DNA of 64,000 nt from a virus (Duplodnaviria; Heunggongvirae; Uroviricota; Caudoviricetes): the IMG/VR virus record IMGVR_UViG_3300044878_000059, positions 1 through 64,000 of that record; one strand, written 5' to 3'. A program made the position numbers and the translations under genes. Position 1 is the stretch's first letter. Each line of letters begins with the position of its first letter. Positions 47,501 through 55,578 of the stretch are shown here, piece after piece. A model generated the notes under the pieces. It did not search any database and was not told where the DNA came from. It was given only the letters and a program-made list of their open reading frames with translations.

Positions 47501-47612
47501 GAGTCAGTTGATCCAAGGAATATACGGTTGCCCGTACATCCTTGAAATCGTGACCTTCAATAACATCATCGGTAATTGCATGCAAATATGATTTTGTTAC
47601 GTTGAAGTTCAT
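44505..47612 (-). CDS. large tail fibre/spike-like protein with C-terminal TIM-barrel glycoside hydrolase (GH114-like) domain
   Basis: 1035 aa, beta-rich N-terminal two thirds, then a segment (FICCYAAGFLEKFKQYDIVITDP...VINYISFGEED) that reads like a GH114/endo-alpha-1,4-polygalactosaminidase-like hydrolase core, followed by a C-terminal Cys-rich region. Confidence 0.5.
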   Translation of the reverse strand: MNFNVTKSYLHAITDDVIEGHDFKDVRATVYSLDQLTLSNSFTYNSTNYSGGDWVRDQGDLGYPTGTMESRAFTIKGKASVSVSGSAVAVRIGLDPGMGKAYVLIDGVKPSLIAGLTTAVDVITCNATTIVPASLGQEIRDIVIADGLSDGVHTVELFCIDNTSTAFFIMHRIKAFSYNNKSVSSNGWVAPSADMPQGKKFTLKNIGADSIVNTTITVDAGLTYPNGTAIGTVSVGNLSPNSTFELNLLPKLIGNEVAGLKTYDLNLRSYIKDAAGTVPISNSIAAPYNSSAITYYGSWYEQAADATFPETSWGSANKYSWMQFTNYGDSFSMRVWRDSGLSAYRVMKNGISLNGCKITSGSPIVTVPSNAGLTVGMEIVMNGFATVPTTITAINGTAITMSANASATNTNRQAAFGNFVTTLTVSTSDPTLIQKFSLMTATGLGAGSNSVIVRIVANSGALFTTLNYTEAANYTQVDEVLQVKYDLKQVPPFPVKNVRLQNGKVVFDAPDKNAFNLDKTSPHDNRGGTQVEVEYRFPTFICCYAAGFLEKFKQYDIVITDPLALNRKQVKELQDLGIKVINYISFGEEDGEPANIWDYSSTKSPQIGNGQGPGGYASYYMSQGYNFGEVNECQNDNQRLFGQKTCALSNAHYLAGTGRCGTACTKDSRDGYIAQSAGGACAGGYTSANNWQRNATSACTNSACPKYTPTNTKCPQYQQAENSWGQDFSVGSNKPDANGIWGSYYIDAVKRGAGSWMERLQQHYMPLVFGVGSPKTETGVLLASHTTTTGSVIGVRASFYPIDSGEPITVSHTSTGFVYTINKHYTIDFKTGAIVFTTDPSDVDVPQALAGVAVSLAYTKMGLESDGVFMDTVDTVDVYNRADYQAGMAGIINDLKTQYSDKMFCANRGFSIYDQIVKSITYSMAESVFSDYNFDTGTYQLITDPGAIDWNNNIAEMMKELRKEHVFDVVCLNYAPNNSSGDAIRTEVFNKTLQLGWIPWLSEINLDVPLDNRPYLNATGAIRTNTWRKIDVVNI

Positions 47613-47613
47613 G

Positions 47614-49074
47614 TTATGCCAACTTTAAGTAAGTGAACTTGGAAGTTGCAGTTAATGCAGATGCTCCATTGTTCGTAATTTTCATAGACAGTGCTGGACT
47701 TCCGGCTTGTACATAGTACGAGAATCTGTCATTGAAGTTACCGGTAATCAACTGTGCTTTGTACAGAAGTGTCCCTGTTGCATCAATGCTGTTGTAGAAT
47801 TCAATGGTATAAGAACCAGCGGAAACCACATCAACTTCCAGTACCAAGTTGTTCGCTACCAATGCACCATTCAAGTTAACAATCGAAGACGCACCAACCG
47901 CCAAAGCAGTAGTTGTGTTAGTTGCAACTATAGGGGCTTGCATTGTACCGGTTGGGCCTGTGGCCCCGGCAGCACCAACTAGACTTGCAAGGAACACCGA
48001 AATAGAACCAGTGTTTCCGGCATCTAGCCAGATTTGATATGCAGACTTACCGTCAGCACCGTTACTACCATTTGTTCCGTTTGTACCAGCGGTTCCGGGT
48101 GTACCAATCAAACTGGTTAGGAACGCAGACAAAGAACCAGAGTTCCCGGCATCCAACCACAGTTGATAGGCGGATTTACCGTCTGCACCGTTGCTACCAT
48201 TGGTTCCATTAGTACCAGCCGTACCGGCAGCACCAATCAAACTTGCTAGGAACTGTTCTACGGTGCCAATATGACCCGCCGCAATCCATAGTTCGTATGC
48301 CGATTTACCGTCTGCGCCGTTACTACCATTGGTTCCATTAGTACCAGCCGTACCGGCAGCACCAATCAAACTGGTCAAAAATTGACCAACGGTTCCAGAG
48401 TTACCAGCATCTAGCCACAACTGGTATGCGGATTTACCGTCAGTACCATTTGTACCGGCTGGCCCCGGCCCGCCATCGAAGCCCGGATCACCTTTCAAAC
48501 CACGCGCACCGATCAGGCTTGCTAGGAACTGGTTGACAGTCCCGACGTTTCCTGCATCGATCCAGATTTGATAGGCCGATTTACCGGTTGCACCGATCAA
48601 TGATAAAATGAAATCCTGAATGGTTCCGGTGTGTCCAGCATCTAGCCAGATGTCATACGCGGATTTCCCGGTAGCACCTTTCAATGAGGCTAGGAACGCA
48701 GTTAGATCGCCCGAGTTACCGGCTTCAACCCATAGTTGATAGGCCGATTTACCGTTGGCACCGGCAGCACCGTTCGTACCATTTGTTCCGTTAGTCCCGT
48801 TGCGACCAATTAGACTGGTCAGGAAGTCGGTAATAGTTCCGAGGTTCCCGGCTTCAATCCAGATTTGATATGCGGACTTGCCGTCAATACCGGCAGCACC
48901 TTTCAAAGACGCCAAGTAATCGAATACAGTTCCGGTATGTCCAGCTTCAATCCAAACCTGATAGGCGGATTTCCCATCTGGCCCGCGTGGGCCGGGAATT
49001 CCACCATCATTTGGATATGTAATTGTGTTGCCGGATTCATCAACGAATACACCCGGCGAGCTTTGTTGTGTCAT
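47614..49074 (-). CDS. collagen-like repeat fibre protein
   Basis: about ten repeats of GKSAYQ[IL]W[IL]DAGN.G...FL.SLIG separated by G-X-Y (GTNGTNGSNGADG) triplets. Confidence 0.6.
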   Translation of the reverse strand: MTQQSSPGVFVDESGNTITYPNDGGIPGPRGPDGKSAYQVWIEAGHTGTVFDYLASLKGAAGIDGKSAYQIWIEAGNLGTITDFLTSLIGRNGTNGTNGTNGAAGANGKSAYQLWVEAGNSGDLTAFLASLKGATGKSAYDIWLDAGHTGTIQDFILSLIGATGKSAYQIWIDAGNVGTVNQFLASLIGARGLKGDPGFDGGPGPAGTNGTDGKSAYQLWLDAGNSGTVGQFLTSLIGAAGTAGTNGTNGSNGADGKSAYELWIAAGHIGTVEQFLASLIGAAGTAGTNGTNGSNGADGKSAYQLWLDAGNSGSLSAFLTSLIGTPGTAGTNGTNGSNGADGKSAYQIWLDAGNTGSISVFLASLVGAAGATGPTGTMQAPIVATNTTTALAVGASSIVNLNGALVANNLVLEVDVVSAGSYTIEFYNSIDATGTLLYKAQLITGNFNDRFSYYVQAGSPALSMKITNNGASALTATSKFTYLKLA

Positions 49075-49075
49075 T

Positions 49076-49954
49076 TCAACCCTTCATTTTGCGACCAACC
49101 CAGCGACCCTTTGAATCCATGATAAGTGGTTCAAGTACAGGCATCGAATCGATGATCAATGCAGTACCGATGATCGGGCGTTTGATGTTGACGTTGTTGT
49201 AATTGAATGCCAATGCTTCATCATTGATCAGGCATCCGCACTGTAAGCCCCAATACAGGCCGGTTGGGTTACCCCAGTAGTTGACCTTAAAGGTTTCGTG
49301 ATAATGTCCCTGAACAGCGTTCATGCCCATCTGTTGGCTAAGTTGGGTCACGTCGCTAGTCTTACCGTGATGGAAGTAGCAAAGCTGGCCGTTTGGCAGT
49401 TTGATAGTAAGTTCAAACGACCATTTCCAGTTCGGGCCTACACCCAGAACCTCGTTGTACGATTTGATATAATGCTTCGGAATCCCGTTGGATTTAGCCT
49501 TACGCCAGACCAAAGAACCATGGTTTGATTCAATGATATCCATCTTCGGAAACATTTGATACAACTGTGCGATCACGGCTTGGCTCTGACGCAATTCATC
49601 CCCGGCACTTGGCAAATCTGGGTCGTGGTCATGGAAGCTCAAGGCGTGTTTGTCCAGTTCATCACCGGTACAAATTACGCGGGTTGGGCGGTATTTCTTT
49701 TTCAGGTATGCAAGGAATTCCAGAGCGTCGGGGTGATGATACGGAATGTGCATATCACTGATGACCAGAATTCTATCATTGTTCTCGCTTGCAGCATCCA
49801 GCTTGCGCACGGTTGCTTTTTCAACTGGCTTACCGAACTCTTTGCGTAGGAAGTCTGATACTGTTGACTTTGGTTGCCCGACAGTTTCCGAAATACTGCG
49901 CCACGATAAGTTCTGTTTGGCTAATTCAACAGCCTTAGATTTCCATTCTTGCAT
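49076..49954 (-). CDS. HTH plus calcineurin-like metallophosphatase
   Basis: ILVISDMHIPYHH...GDELD...SNHG. Confidence 0.5.
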   Translation of the reverse strand: MQEWKSKAVELAKQNLSWRSISETVGQPKSTVSDFLRKEFGKPVEKATVRKLDAASENNDRILVISDMHIPYHHPDALEFLAYLKKKYRPTRVICTGDELDKHALSFHDHDPDLPSAGDELRQSQAVIAQLYQMFPKMDIIESNHGSLVWRKAKSNGIPKHYIKSYNEVLGVGPNWKWSFELTIKLPNGQLCYFHHGKTSDVTQLSQQMGMNAVQGHYHETFKVNYWGNPTGLYWGLQCGCLINDEALAFNYNNVNIKRPIIGTALIIDSMPVLEPLIMDSKGRWVGRKMKG

Positions 49955-50005
49955 TAGTTATCTCTGTTAGAGTTGGCCCGGTGGGCATCACACTTATTTA
50001 CGGGC

Positions 50006-50037
50006 ATAAAAAAAGGGCCAATAAATGGCCCTTTTAG
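50006..50037. terminator. bidirectional terminator
   Basis: AAAAAAA GGGCCAATAAATGGCCC TTTT. Confidence 0.7.
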
Positions 50038-50047
50038 AAACTTTGTA

Positions 50048-50443
50048 TCAACTACGTGCGATGCTTGAAGCCAGTGATTTATCAAACTGACCCGCGTAGT
50101 TGGCATTGAGGTATTGCATCACCGCAGGAACACCAGCCAAACCGTTAGTCGCGATCAGTTCACGAATCTGGGGTTCGGTAAGTTGTTTCGGCAACAGTGC
50201 GTTCAGCACTTGGTTTTCGGTGTCAAGCTTTGGATTGGCACGATGTTTCAAACTTTCATCGTTGGACTTGATCAGTTTCTTGATCGCATCAACAACTTGT
50301 GCGTCTGTATAAACTTTGCCGGTACGCTTTTCAACGGTTTCGATTTCACCAATCAACAGATTGAGAATCGCAACTTCAATTGCACGGTCGGCAGATTTAC
50401 GGGCTTCGGTCTTTTGGACGCGAATTGTATCAATCAAGCTCAT
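50048..50443 (-). CDS. GatB/YqeY-domain protein
   Basis: length and helix pattern like YqeY (LPKQLTEPQIRELI). Confidence 0.45.
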   Translation of the reverse strand: MSLIDTIRVQKTEARKSADRAIEVAILNLLIGEIETVEKRTGKVYTDAQVVDAIKKLIKSNDESLKHRANPKLDTENQVLNALLPKQLTEPQIRELIATNGLAGVPAVMQYLNANYAGQFDKSLASSIARS

Positions 50444-50466
50444 TATGTAATACTCACAGAATTAAT

Positions 50467-50543
50467 TGGTGCCAGCGCTGGGCATCGAACCCAAGTCTCG
50501 TCCTTACCAAAGACGCATTCTAACCAATCTGAACTACCCCGGC
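50467..50543 (-). tRNA. tRNA-Thr (GGU)
   Basis: loop TTGGTAA, T-loop TTCGATG. Confidence 0.65.
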
Positions 50544-50650
50544 TTGTGTGCCCACTCAAGGGCTTTGCTGTATGCGGTATTAGCCGCGTCGCGAAGGGAC
50601 GGTACAGCTCCGACCACTCCACCGGCACATGGCAACCCATGGCACTAGTT

Positions 50651-50726
50651 TGGAACCCACTATCGGTTTCGATCCGATTACCTTCTGCGTGTAAAGCAGA
50701 CGCTCTCCCAATTGAGCTAAGCGGGC
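50651..50726 (-). tRNA. tRNA-Val (UAC)
   Basis: loop TTTACAC; D GCTC/GAGC. Confidence 0.6.
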
Positions 50727-50803
50727 ATTAACAGGTTACAATCTTTGGTTTCTTTAGCTTAGAAGTTTGAGGATTGCTGTTTGTAACCTAAATTGGCAGG
50801 CGT

Positions 50804-50878
50804 GTTAGGACTCGAACCTAAGATACCGGTGTCAAAGACCGGTGTGATAACCACTTCACTACACACCAACTGAATGTC
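50804..50878 (-). tRNA. tRNA-Gln (UUG)
   Basis: anticodon arm CCGGT/CTTTGAC/ACCGG; G73. Confidence 0.6.
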
Positions 50879-51231
50879 TCTTAGTCACATGAACTAGGAG
50901 AACTTGAATCACACGAACTATTGTCGTTGCCTGAATAGTCGGTGTAATCATAAACTGGACTTGGGGAATACCCCGATCCAGAACCACCACTACCTTGACG
51001 GCGGCGACGGGCTTCTTCTTCGCGTTTCTGTTGCTGTTTTTGTGTCAGAGACATTGAACACCATAGAGTTATTGAAGAAATGATCAGCCGCTGCCTGATC
51101 CGATACTACTTGTTCTTTACGAACTGGCCGTATCTGCGCTACGCGGGTCTGTTACCGTCATATTTCAACGGCTTAGTGTTTAACGTGCTTGAGACTCATA
51201 CTCACACGATGCTTACGCATTTGGCGGATAC

Positions 51232-51321
51232 AGTAGGTATCGAACCCAAATCGAATTAACGATCCAACTGATTAGCAATCAGCGCTGAACTACCTGTTCA
51301 GGTCAGTATCCAAATCTTCTA
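51232..51321 (-). tRNA. tRNA-Ser (GCU), type II
   Basis: loop TTGCTAA, long variable arm, acceptor GGATACT/TGTATCC. Confidence 0.55.
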
Positions 51322-51538
51322 CAACAGTACGGGCTTCGAGGTAATCAATGTTTCGCTGATTACACACAAGTTCAATCCCGTGCTTTTTCAATTCTTCGCC
51401 AGCGGCAATGGCCTTCCGTAAGGACTCCATTCGCTTTGCATGATCTTCTGCCCGTTGCTCCGGTGTCCTGCTTGCGTGATACGCTGCAACGATACTAGAG
51501 CAAAGATGCAAATCCGATCTACCGCATTGACAGGTCAA
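51290..51538 (-). CDS. hypothetical small protein; 3' end overlaps tRNA-Ser
   Basis: ORF. Confidence 0.25.
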   Translation of the reverse strand: MTCQCGRSDLHLCSSIVAAYHASRTPEQRAEDHAKRMESLRKAIAAGEELKKHGIELVCNQRNIDYLEARTVVEDLDTDLNR

Positions 51539-51750
51539 CTGGCAACGCTCGGTGCAATTACAGATTCGATGTACAGCTTGCCGTCTGCCGCAATACCAGC
51601 GACTTGGTGACCTTCAACGATGATACCGATACGGCGCATGTCGAATTCTTCGGACGTGTTCCCGAACTTGGAATAGTCAGGAATGTAACCGGCAGCTTCA
51701 ACACCCAGATCAACTTCAACAGGCAGGTCTTTCAGGCACAAAATGTTCAT
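51535..51750 (-). CDS. hypothetical small protein (start moved off tRNA)
   Basis: TTGTGAGTAT motif before the ATG; directly after the tRNA 3' end. Confidence 0.3.
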   Translation of the reverse strand: MNILCLKDLPVEVDLGVEAAGYIPDYSKFGNTSEEFDMRRIGIIVEGHQVAGIAADGKLYIESVIAPSVAS

Positions 51751-51777
51751 CAAATACTCACAATAATTAAAGATGTT

Positions 51778-51867
51778 TGGCAGCGCTGAGAGGTATCGAT
51801 CCCCAGCAGGCGGAACCCGCTGCACTGCTTTCCAAGCAGCCCCTAGCACCCGCTAGGTTTCAACGCT
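51778..51867 (-). tRNA. tRNA-Ser (GGA), type II
   Basis: loop TTGGAAA, long variable arm. Confidence 0.5.
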
Positions 51868-51868
51868 A

Positions 51869-52074
51869 TTAAATCGTTTCGACTACAGCTTCATTCAACA
51901 GATAAAACGATTCGGACTTTTTGAACTGAGGGTCATTCAACAGTTTGGTAACGATTTTCATCATTTCCTTTTCGGTAGACCACTGCGAAGCAAGTTGACC
52001 GGCAGTAACGCCAACGAACTTGAATTCATGTCCGATCACCAGTCGCCCGGTGGGATGTTTCATTCCATAACGAC
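51869..52074 (-). CDS. hypothetical small protein (start moved off tRNA)
   Basis: CTTGTGAGAATTATATG initiation region. Confidence 0.3.
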
Positions 52075-52097
52075 TCATATAATTCTCACAAGATGTT

Positions 52098-52174
52098 TGG
52101 TGCGGGTGACAGGATTCGAACCTGCGTCCCTCGGATGGCAACCGAGGATAATAACCTAGCTATACTACACACGC
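52098..52174 (-). tRNA. tRNA-Gly (GCC)
   Basis: arm CTCGG/TTGCCAT/CCGAG; T-loop TTCGAAT. Confidence 0.7.
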
Positions 52175-52288
52175 TTAAAATTAGATTTGCTGAAACTGAA
52201 TTAACCCGCATTCCAGTAGGTGACAATGATCCATATGTTCATGGACAGCGGCCCTCGTTACATTGACCAACCTGCGAATCTAAAAATT

Positions 52289-52365
52289 TGGTGCTCTTAG
52301 CGGGAATCGAACCCGCTTTTCCAGATTGAAAGTCTGGCGTCCTATACCGTGTAGACGATAAGAGC
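52289..52365 (-). tRNA. tRNA-Glu (UUC)
   Basis: arm CCAGA/CTTTCAA/TCTGG; acceptor GCTCTTA/TAAGAGC. Confidence 0.7.
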
Positions 52366-52612
52366 ATAACTGGCTGCATTAACTGTAGTGCCACCACCGA
52401 AGTTAGGATTCTTCGTCAGGGAGTCGAACCCTGATATTTTTCGTCAAAGGGAAAGTTTAGTTAATATGGGTTGCTGTTAGCAGCCGTTCCTGTTTTTGGT
52501 TTGACACATCCTTAGTTGCACTTCCTGAGAAGGAATTTACGCAATTGCAGCAACTTCATGGATTCGATCAGTTGTCTCGTTTACTCTGATCTTGTATCAA
52601 ATTCTTTATGTT

Positions 52613-52690
52613 TGGTGCCCCCGGAGGGATTCGAACCCACACTGTTCACGTTCTAAGCGTGCTGTCTCCTACCAGTTGGACTACAGGGGC
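52613..52690 (-). tRNA. tRNA with anticodon UAG but short variable arm (atypical Leu-like)
   Basis: loop CTTAGAA, 5-nt variable region, acceptor GCCCCTG/CGGGGGC. Confidence 0.45.
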
Positions 52691-52778
52691 AAGCTAGATG
52701 CAGTTCTTTATGTGCGAAGTATCAGTTCGAATTTAAGAAGTTTGCTGTTCGCATCTAAAATCGTTTGTTCTTTGTTGC

Positions 52779-52818
52779 TTATGTGTCTATTGTATATCAA
52801 ACAGAACTCATAATAAAC
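52779..52818 (-). promoter_or_regulatory. phage promoter inside the tRNA array
   Basis: AATGTTTA N17 TATACA with GTTCTGTT in the spacer. Confidence 0.4.
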
Positions 52819-52824
52819 ATTCGA

Positions 52825-52902
52825 ACGTTTTATTTGGTGGAGAATATCGGATTCGAACCGATCTGTGTTCTGCGTGCAAGGCAGATGTCCACCCCAAGCA
52901 GA
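52825..52902 (-). tRNA. tRNA-Ala (UGC)
   Basis: loop CTTGCAC and G3-U70 pair. Confidence 0.7.
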
Positions 52903-52921
52903 CCCATTCCCCATGTTGTAT

Positions 52922-53134
52922 TTAGTCAGCTCGAATACCGTTGATGTACAACGACACTCGCTTGTAAGGCTTAGCCCATTGTGCAGCGGCTTGAATCGCC
53001 TCACGGTATGATATAAACGGGCCAGAGCATGAACCCTGTCCTCGACCGTCACCAATCCAATAACCATCGGAGAGCTTACAGACGCCACACAAACCGCGTG
53101 CAGCACGTTGTTTCAAGACTCGAAGTCGATTCAT
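52922..53134 (-). CDS. Cys-rich small protein (70 aa)
   Basis: CGVC...CSGP; CGTGAGAAT motif upstream. Confidence 0.4.
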   Translation of the reverse strand: MNRLRVLKQRAARGLCGVCKLSDGYWIGDGRGQGSCSGPFISYREAIQAAAQWAKPYKRVSLYINGIRAD

Positions 53135-53230
53135 ATCATTCTCACGAATTGGAGGTTCTGACCGGGTACGATCCGGTGATTTGTCCTTATGAGGGACTTG
53201 GTTTACCGACTAGCCTACAGAACCGGCGTT

Positions 53231-53309
53231 TGGTTGCGGGTGCTGGATTCGAACCAGCGATTTCTAGCTTATGAGGCTAGTGAGATAGGCCAGACTTCTC
53301 CAACCCGCA
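53231..53309 (-). tRNA. tRNA-Met or Ile2 (CAU)
   Basis: loop CTCATAA; acceptor TGCGGGT/ACCCGCA. Confidence 0.65.
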
Positions 53310-53315
53310 ATTGTT

Positions 53316-53391
53316 TGGTGCTATGGACAGGGTTCGAACCTGTGACCCCTCGATTATCGGTCGAGCGCTCTACCAACTGAGCTACCATAGC
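53316..53391 (-). tRNA. tRNA-Ile (GAU)
   Basis: loop CCGATAA; D GCTC/GAGC. Confidence 0.6.
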
Positions 53392-53403
53392 ATTTGTATC
53401 AAA

Positions 53404-53480
53404 TTGGTCACCCCGAACAGATTTGAACTGTTTCTCCATCGTCCCAAACGATGTGTGCTGCCGTTGAACACTACGGGGAG
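53404..53480 (-). tRNA. tRNA-Pro (UGG) copy 1
   Basis: arm CATCG/TTTGGGA/CGATG. Confidence 0.65.
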
Positions 53481-53482
53481 AT

Positions 53483-53565
53483 TGGCGCGGCTATGGTGGA
53501 ATCGAACCACCGACCTATATCCATCGTCGTGTACAAAACGATGGTATGAGCCAGCCATGAACCGC
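53483..53565 (-). tRNA. tRNA-like, 83 nt (possibly Thr UGU)
   Basis: good T-arm GGTGG/TTCGATT/CCACC and acceptor; middle part does not fold canonically. Confidence 0.35.
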
Positions 53566-53573
53566 ATTAAAAT

Positions 53574-53648
53574 TGGTCACGCGGGGGAATGTCGAAATCC
53601 CGGCCCCTCAGTTCCAAACCGAGCGCTCTGCCTCTGAGCTACCGCGAG
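53574..53648 (-). tRNA. tRNA-Pro (UGG) copy 2
   Basis: arm CTCGG/TTTGGAA/CTGAG; same U2-U71 acceptor oddity as copy 1. Confidence 0.5.
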
Positions 53649-54005
53649 TAAAATAAACAGGATGGCACCTTTTAGTTATCGGCTTGGAGGATTATTTCCC
53701 GCACCACACATCGTCATGAACCCACGATTCGGCTGTCACAATTCCCCGTGACCGGTATCTAGGAACCTCCTAGCAGGTGTAGGTTTCTCGTCGCTTGATT
53801 GCGAGTCAACAAATTGCCCACTCTCTCGTCAGTATTTTAGATTTGAGTGTTTGCTGTATTCCATCCTAATGGTTCCGTTATTTAGACACTTACGGAAGTG
53901 TGAATGGATGCCAACCAAACATGTGACCGTCCAACCGAAGTTGAATGGCGGCTATTGTGTAGGGTTAGATAGTCCCTACGACACGCGCTGGGGAGCGACA
54001 GTGTT

Positions 54006-54284
54006 CTATTTGTGCAGTTCAGCCAACAAGTATTCCAGTTCGGCGTCAGCGGCATCATAGGCGGCTTCACGACGTTTCTGTAACGACTCTGGTGTAACTA
54101 CATCAACTCCGATCACATCAAACTTGATTCGAAGTTTTGAATTCTTTACGATGGTTCCGTCAGGACGCATCACACGTTTACCGCGCAGATACTGACCACC
54201 ATCATGTTCTACAACCTTGAACCACCCGCGACGATCACCATAACCACTATTGGCGAAAATCAACTTTCCTTCCAGTGAGTTCAT
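54006..54284 (-). CDS. hypothetical protein (about 93 aa)
   Basis: ORF; internal start. Confidence 0.35.
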   Translation of the reverse strand: MNSLEGKLIFANSGYGDRRGWFKVVEHDGGQYLRGKRVMRPDGTIVKNSKLRIKFDVIGVDVVTPESLQKRREAAYDAADAELEYLLAELHK

Positions 54285-54288
54285 GTAT

Positions 54289-54624
54289 TTAGCGACCCCG
54301 ATTTGCGAGCAAGTGGTTACGAACTGCATCGGCATGTGCGATAGCATTTTCATGCTGTTTGTTCACATACTCGACACTGAGCTTGGTCACCCATGCAACT
54401 TCAAGTGGTTTGCCCGGTTTAGGATTACTGGTAATCCAATCGTTGTCATCAACCAGACGTTTTGCCTTTACATGCAAAATGCCATTGATTTCCAACACTT
54501 CGGATACAACACCGATACCGTTACGACCTTTGTTCCCAACACTGATTCGGATCAAATCACCGAACTGAATGTCTTTCGCAAGATCGTCTTGCATACGCTT
54601 TTGCAGGTGCGTCAATTGATTCAA
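54289..54624 (-). CDS. hypothetical protein (111 aa, TTG start)
   Basis: ORF; TTGTGAGTAAC motif upstream. Confidence 0.35.
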   Translation of the reverse strand: MNQLTHLQKRMQDDLAKDIQFGDLIRISVGNKGRNGIGVVSEVLEINGILHVKAKRLVDDNDWITSNPKPGKPLEVAWVTKLSVEYVNKQHENAIAHADAVRNHLLANRGR

Positions 54625-54989
54625 TATAAGTTACTCACAAGTTATTGGATTTGAATCACCGGGTCAGTCACGCAACACCCTTACGGGCACCCAATCTTTC
54701 AGGGCTTTACCGGCTAGCTGATTTTAGGGCTTTCGCCTTCGATTCAAATTAGTTTTGAACACCGGTACTGATTTCCGGCTTTGTGTGATGCGACAGAAAA
54801 CCCACACATCTACAGGGCTTCTACTGTCTTCACCCTTGCGGCATATCAGTCTATGCATTGTTCAAATTGGATTTGACGATTTCGGCTAGTTAGCGAAGGG
54901 CGTGTCTTTTCCTACTAGCAAAGACCCTGTACTTTCAACAGAGTAGTTCCCGAACGGGTTCCCCCTACAACCTTTTCCATCGTCAAATT

Positions 54990-55065
54990 TGGTGCCGGAA
55001 ACAGGACTCGAACCCGCAACATCCTGATTACAAAACAGGCGCTCTACCATTGGAGCTATTCCGGC
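54990..55065 (-). tRNA. tRNA-Thr (UGU)
   Basis: loop TTTGTAA; acceptor GCCGGAA/TTCCGGC. Confidence 0.6.
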
Positions 55066-55071
55066 GATTTA

Positions 55072-55509
55072 TTAACCGCGTTTCTCAACCAGTGACTTCG
55101 CAAAATTACATGGCGAACACATGGTTGTTGTGTTACTTAAATGATCTTTGCCACCAGCCGAACGGGCCAGCGTGTGGTCATGAGTAAACAGCACTTCATC
55201 ACCGTTTGTATCAATGCCCCAGAGGTTCAAATGATATGGATGACCATCGTTCATTTGGACTGGACGTTCAACCGCGTAGAACTGAGCTTCAAGGCCACAA
55301 GCCGAGCATTTGGTTCCGTGCGTGTAGAAGGTCTTCAACCGCATGCCATCACTGAACAGTTTTACCTGTCTACCGAACAATTCGGTCTTTGGTGGCTTTT
55401 CGCGACTGCGAGGATCAAGGGTTGCTGTGTTCTTGGACTGTGCTTCGCGAATTTCTTCGATGGACACTGTACCAATCCGAGCATAAACTTGACGCTTCAT
55501 TTGTATCAA
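55072..55509 (-). CDS. HNH homing endonuclease
   Basis: HLNLWGIDTNGDEVLFTHDH...N...H HNH motif; sits inside the tRNA array. Confidence 0.7.
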   Translation of the reverse strand: MIQMKRQVYARIGTVSIEEIREAQSKNTATLDPRSREKPPKTELFGRQVKLFSDGMRLKTFYTHGTKCSACGLEAQFYAVERPVQMNDGHPYHLNLWGIDTNGDEVLFTHDHTLARSAGGKDHLSNTTTMCSPCNFAKSLVEKRG

Positions 55510-55531
55510 TCTCTGGCTGGGTTATGAATCT

Positions 55532-55578
55532 ATCATAGCACAACCGACCTACAGGATAAACATTGAAACAGAATTTGG
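55532..55578 (-). promoter_or_regulatory. phage promoter upstream of the HNH endonuclease
   Basis: ATTCTGTTTC AATGTTTA N19 TATGAT. Confidence 0.5.

Noticed and set aside
47614-49074. Possible CRISPR-like repeat array
   Set aside because: The repeats are in-frame protein repeats (collagen-like fibre), not direct DNA repeats with spacers; no CRISPR array or cas genes seen anywhere in the window.
50887-51054. Possible 58-aa minus-strand ORF (MSLTQKQQQKREEEARRRRQGSGGSGSG...) between tRNAs
   Set aside because: Low-complexity, hand translation only; not supported by the ORF track and has no clear initiation motif.
54625-54989. Possible tmRNA in the ORF-free stretch
   Set aside because: No tRNA-like T-arm, acceptor end or plausible tag-peptide frame ending in ALAA found.
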